Shown here: positions 63,316-64,000 of the stretch, one piece after another | Layout of the letters: each line of letters starts with the position of its first letter | Numbering within the stretch: the first letter of the stretch is position 1 | From: Mobula hypostoma | Lineage: Eukaryota | Direction: 5' to 3' | Length of the DNA stretch: 64,000 bases | Assembly: GCF_963921235.1 (NCBI RefSeq) | Contig: NC_086118.1 | Location: 27,716,001 to 27,780,000 of the forward strand | Made by a program: the position numbers and the translations under genes | The notes under the pieces: model-generated | The model's database searches: none | The model's input: the letters and a program-made list of their open reading frames with translations, nothing else | Told to the model about the DNA's origin: nothing

Positions 63316-64000
63316 AAGGATGTTGCCAGAACTAGAGGACCTGAGTTAGAGAGAAAGGTTGAACAAGTTAGGACTTCATTCTCTTGAGCGTTGGAGAACA
63401 AGGCGAGACTTGATAGACTATAAAAAATTATAAGGGGTATAGATAGGCTAAATGCAAGCAGTCTTTTTGCACTGAGGTTGGTTAAAACTCGAAGAAGAGA
63501 TCATAGGTTAAGGGTGAAAGTGAAATCTTCAAAGGGAACATGAAAGGGAATTTCTTCTCTCAGTGGATGGTGAGAGTATGGAACAAACTGCCAGCTGAAG
63601 TGGTAGATTGCAGGTTCAATTTCAACATTTGAGAGAAATTTGGATAGGCACATGGATTGGAGGGGTATGGAGTACCAAGATCTGGGTGCAGGACAATGTG
63701 ACTAGGCAGATTGATAGTTCAGCACAGGTTAGATGGGCCAAAAGGCCTGATTCTGGGCTGCAGTGTTCTCTGACTATAACATGTTCATAAGACAGAGAGA
63801 GTGTTTAGTTCGGAGATTTAGCAGTGTGTAGTTCTGGCTGTGTGGATAGGGTATGTTACGCCAACCTGTCCCTAAAGGGAACATGAGCAAGGAAAGAGCA
63901 AAAACAATGTTACTCCAGATATATTCTACGTTATATTTAGCGAATAGATCTGCAATCAAGAGGGAATAGAAAAGCCACTGCCTTGCTGAAAGTTTGGGTT

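Larger units (their letters stand above)
55590..63775 (+). mobile_element. Old near-full-length CR1 (SGNH-esterase ORF1 remnant plus ORF2 plus 3' UTR), fragmented by at least five direct insertions
   Basis: ORF1-like pieces SGLLPM..ASEVRN..IIQFNTWLSRWWRR..FLDHW...EGFHLNWRGTN (55620-55930). ORF2 pieces in order: YFNAR (56085), GLYYRTPN..VVDLNFP (57209), PWFSRNIEALIKK (across the Tigger), NYRPVILTS (60980), AVDVVYMD (61800), PQGSVLG (61990) and a 3' UTR at ~63700. Confidence 0.85.

Noticed and set aside
1..64000. CRISPR array, prokaryotic operon or defence system
   Set aside because: There are no regularly spaced repeats and no dense coding. All RT and nuclease ORFs belong to known eukaryotic retroelement clades.

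Overview
This is eukaryotic, gene-poor DNA dominated by transposons. The repeat repertoire (HE1/V-SINE-like SINEs, CR1 LINEs, Neptune- and Poseidon-type Penelope-like elements, Rex1/Babar LINEs, Tx1, RTE, Tc1, pogo/Tigger, hAT-Charlie) suggests a cartilaginous fish, probably a ray; that assignment is inference. I recognise no host protein-coding gene, only two weak candidate exons. Every long ORF belongs to a mobile element. The main ones are a CR1 ORF2 with no internal stop (15346-18102), a Penelope RT/GIY-YIG ORF (33405-35716, minus strand) and a Tx1-like 3' fragment. The most interesting layer is RNA structure. Penelope terminal repeats carry minimal hammerhead ribozyme motifs. One 235-bp insertion (51110-51344, 14-bp TSD) is a perfect 100-bp-arm palindrome of two opposed hammerheads. 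A second hairpin folds back at the position equivalent to the hammerhead cleavage site. There are also two candidate HDV-like ribozyme folds in RTE-type 5' ends. Several deep nests of insertions can be rebuilt from TSDs. Most of this extends known TE and ribozyme biology; I cannot show a wholly new system from sequence alone. Boundaries without a stated TSD or TIR are approximate.
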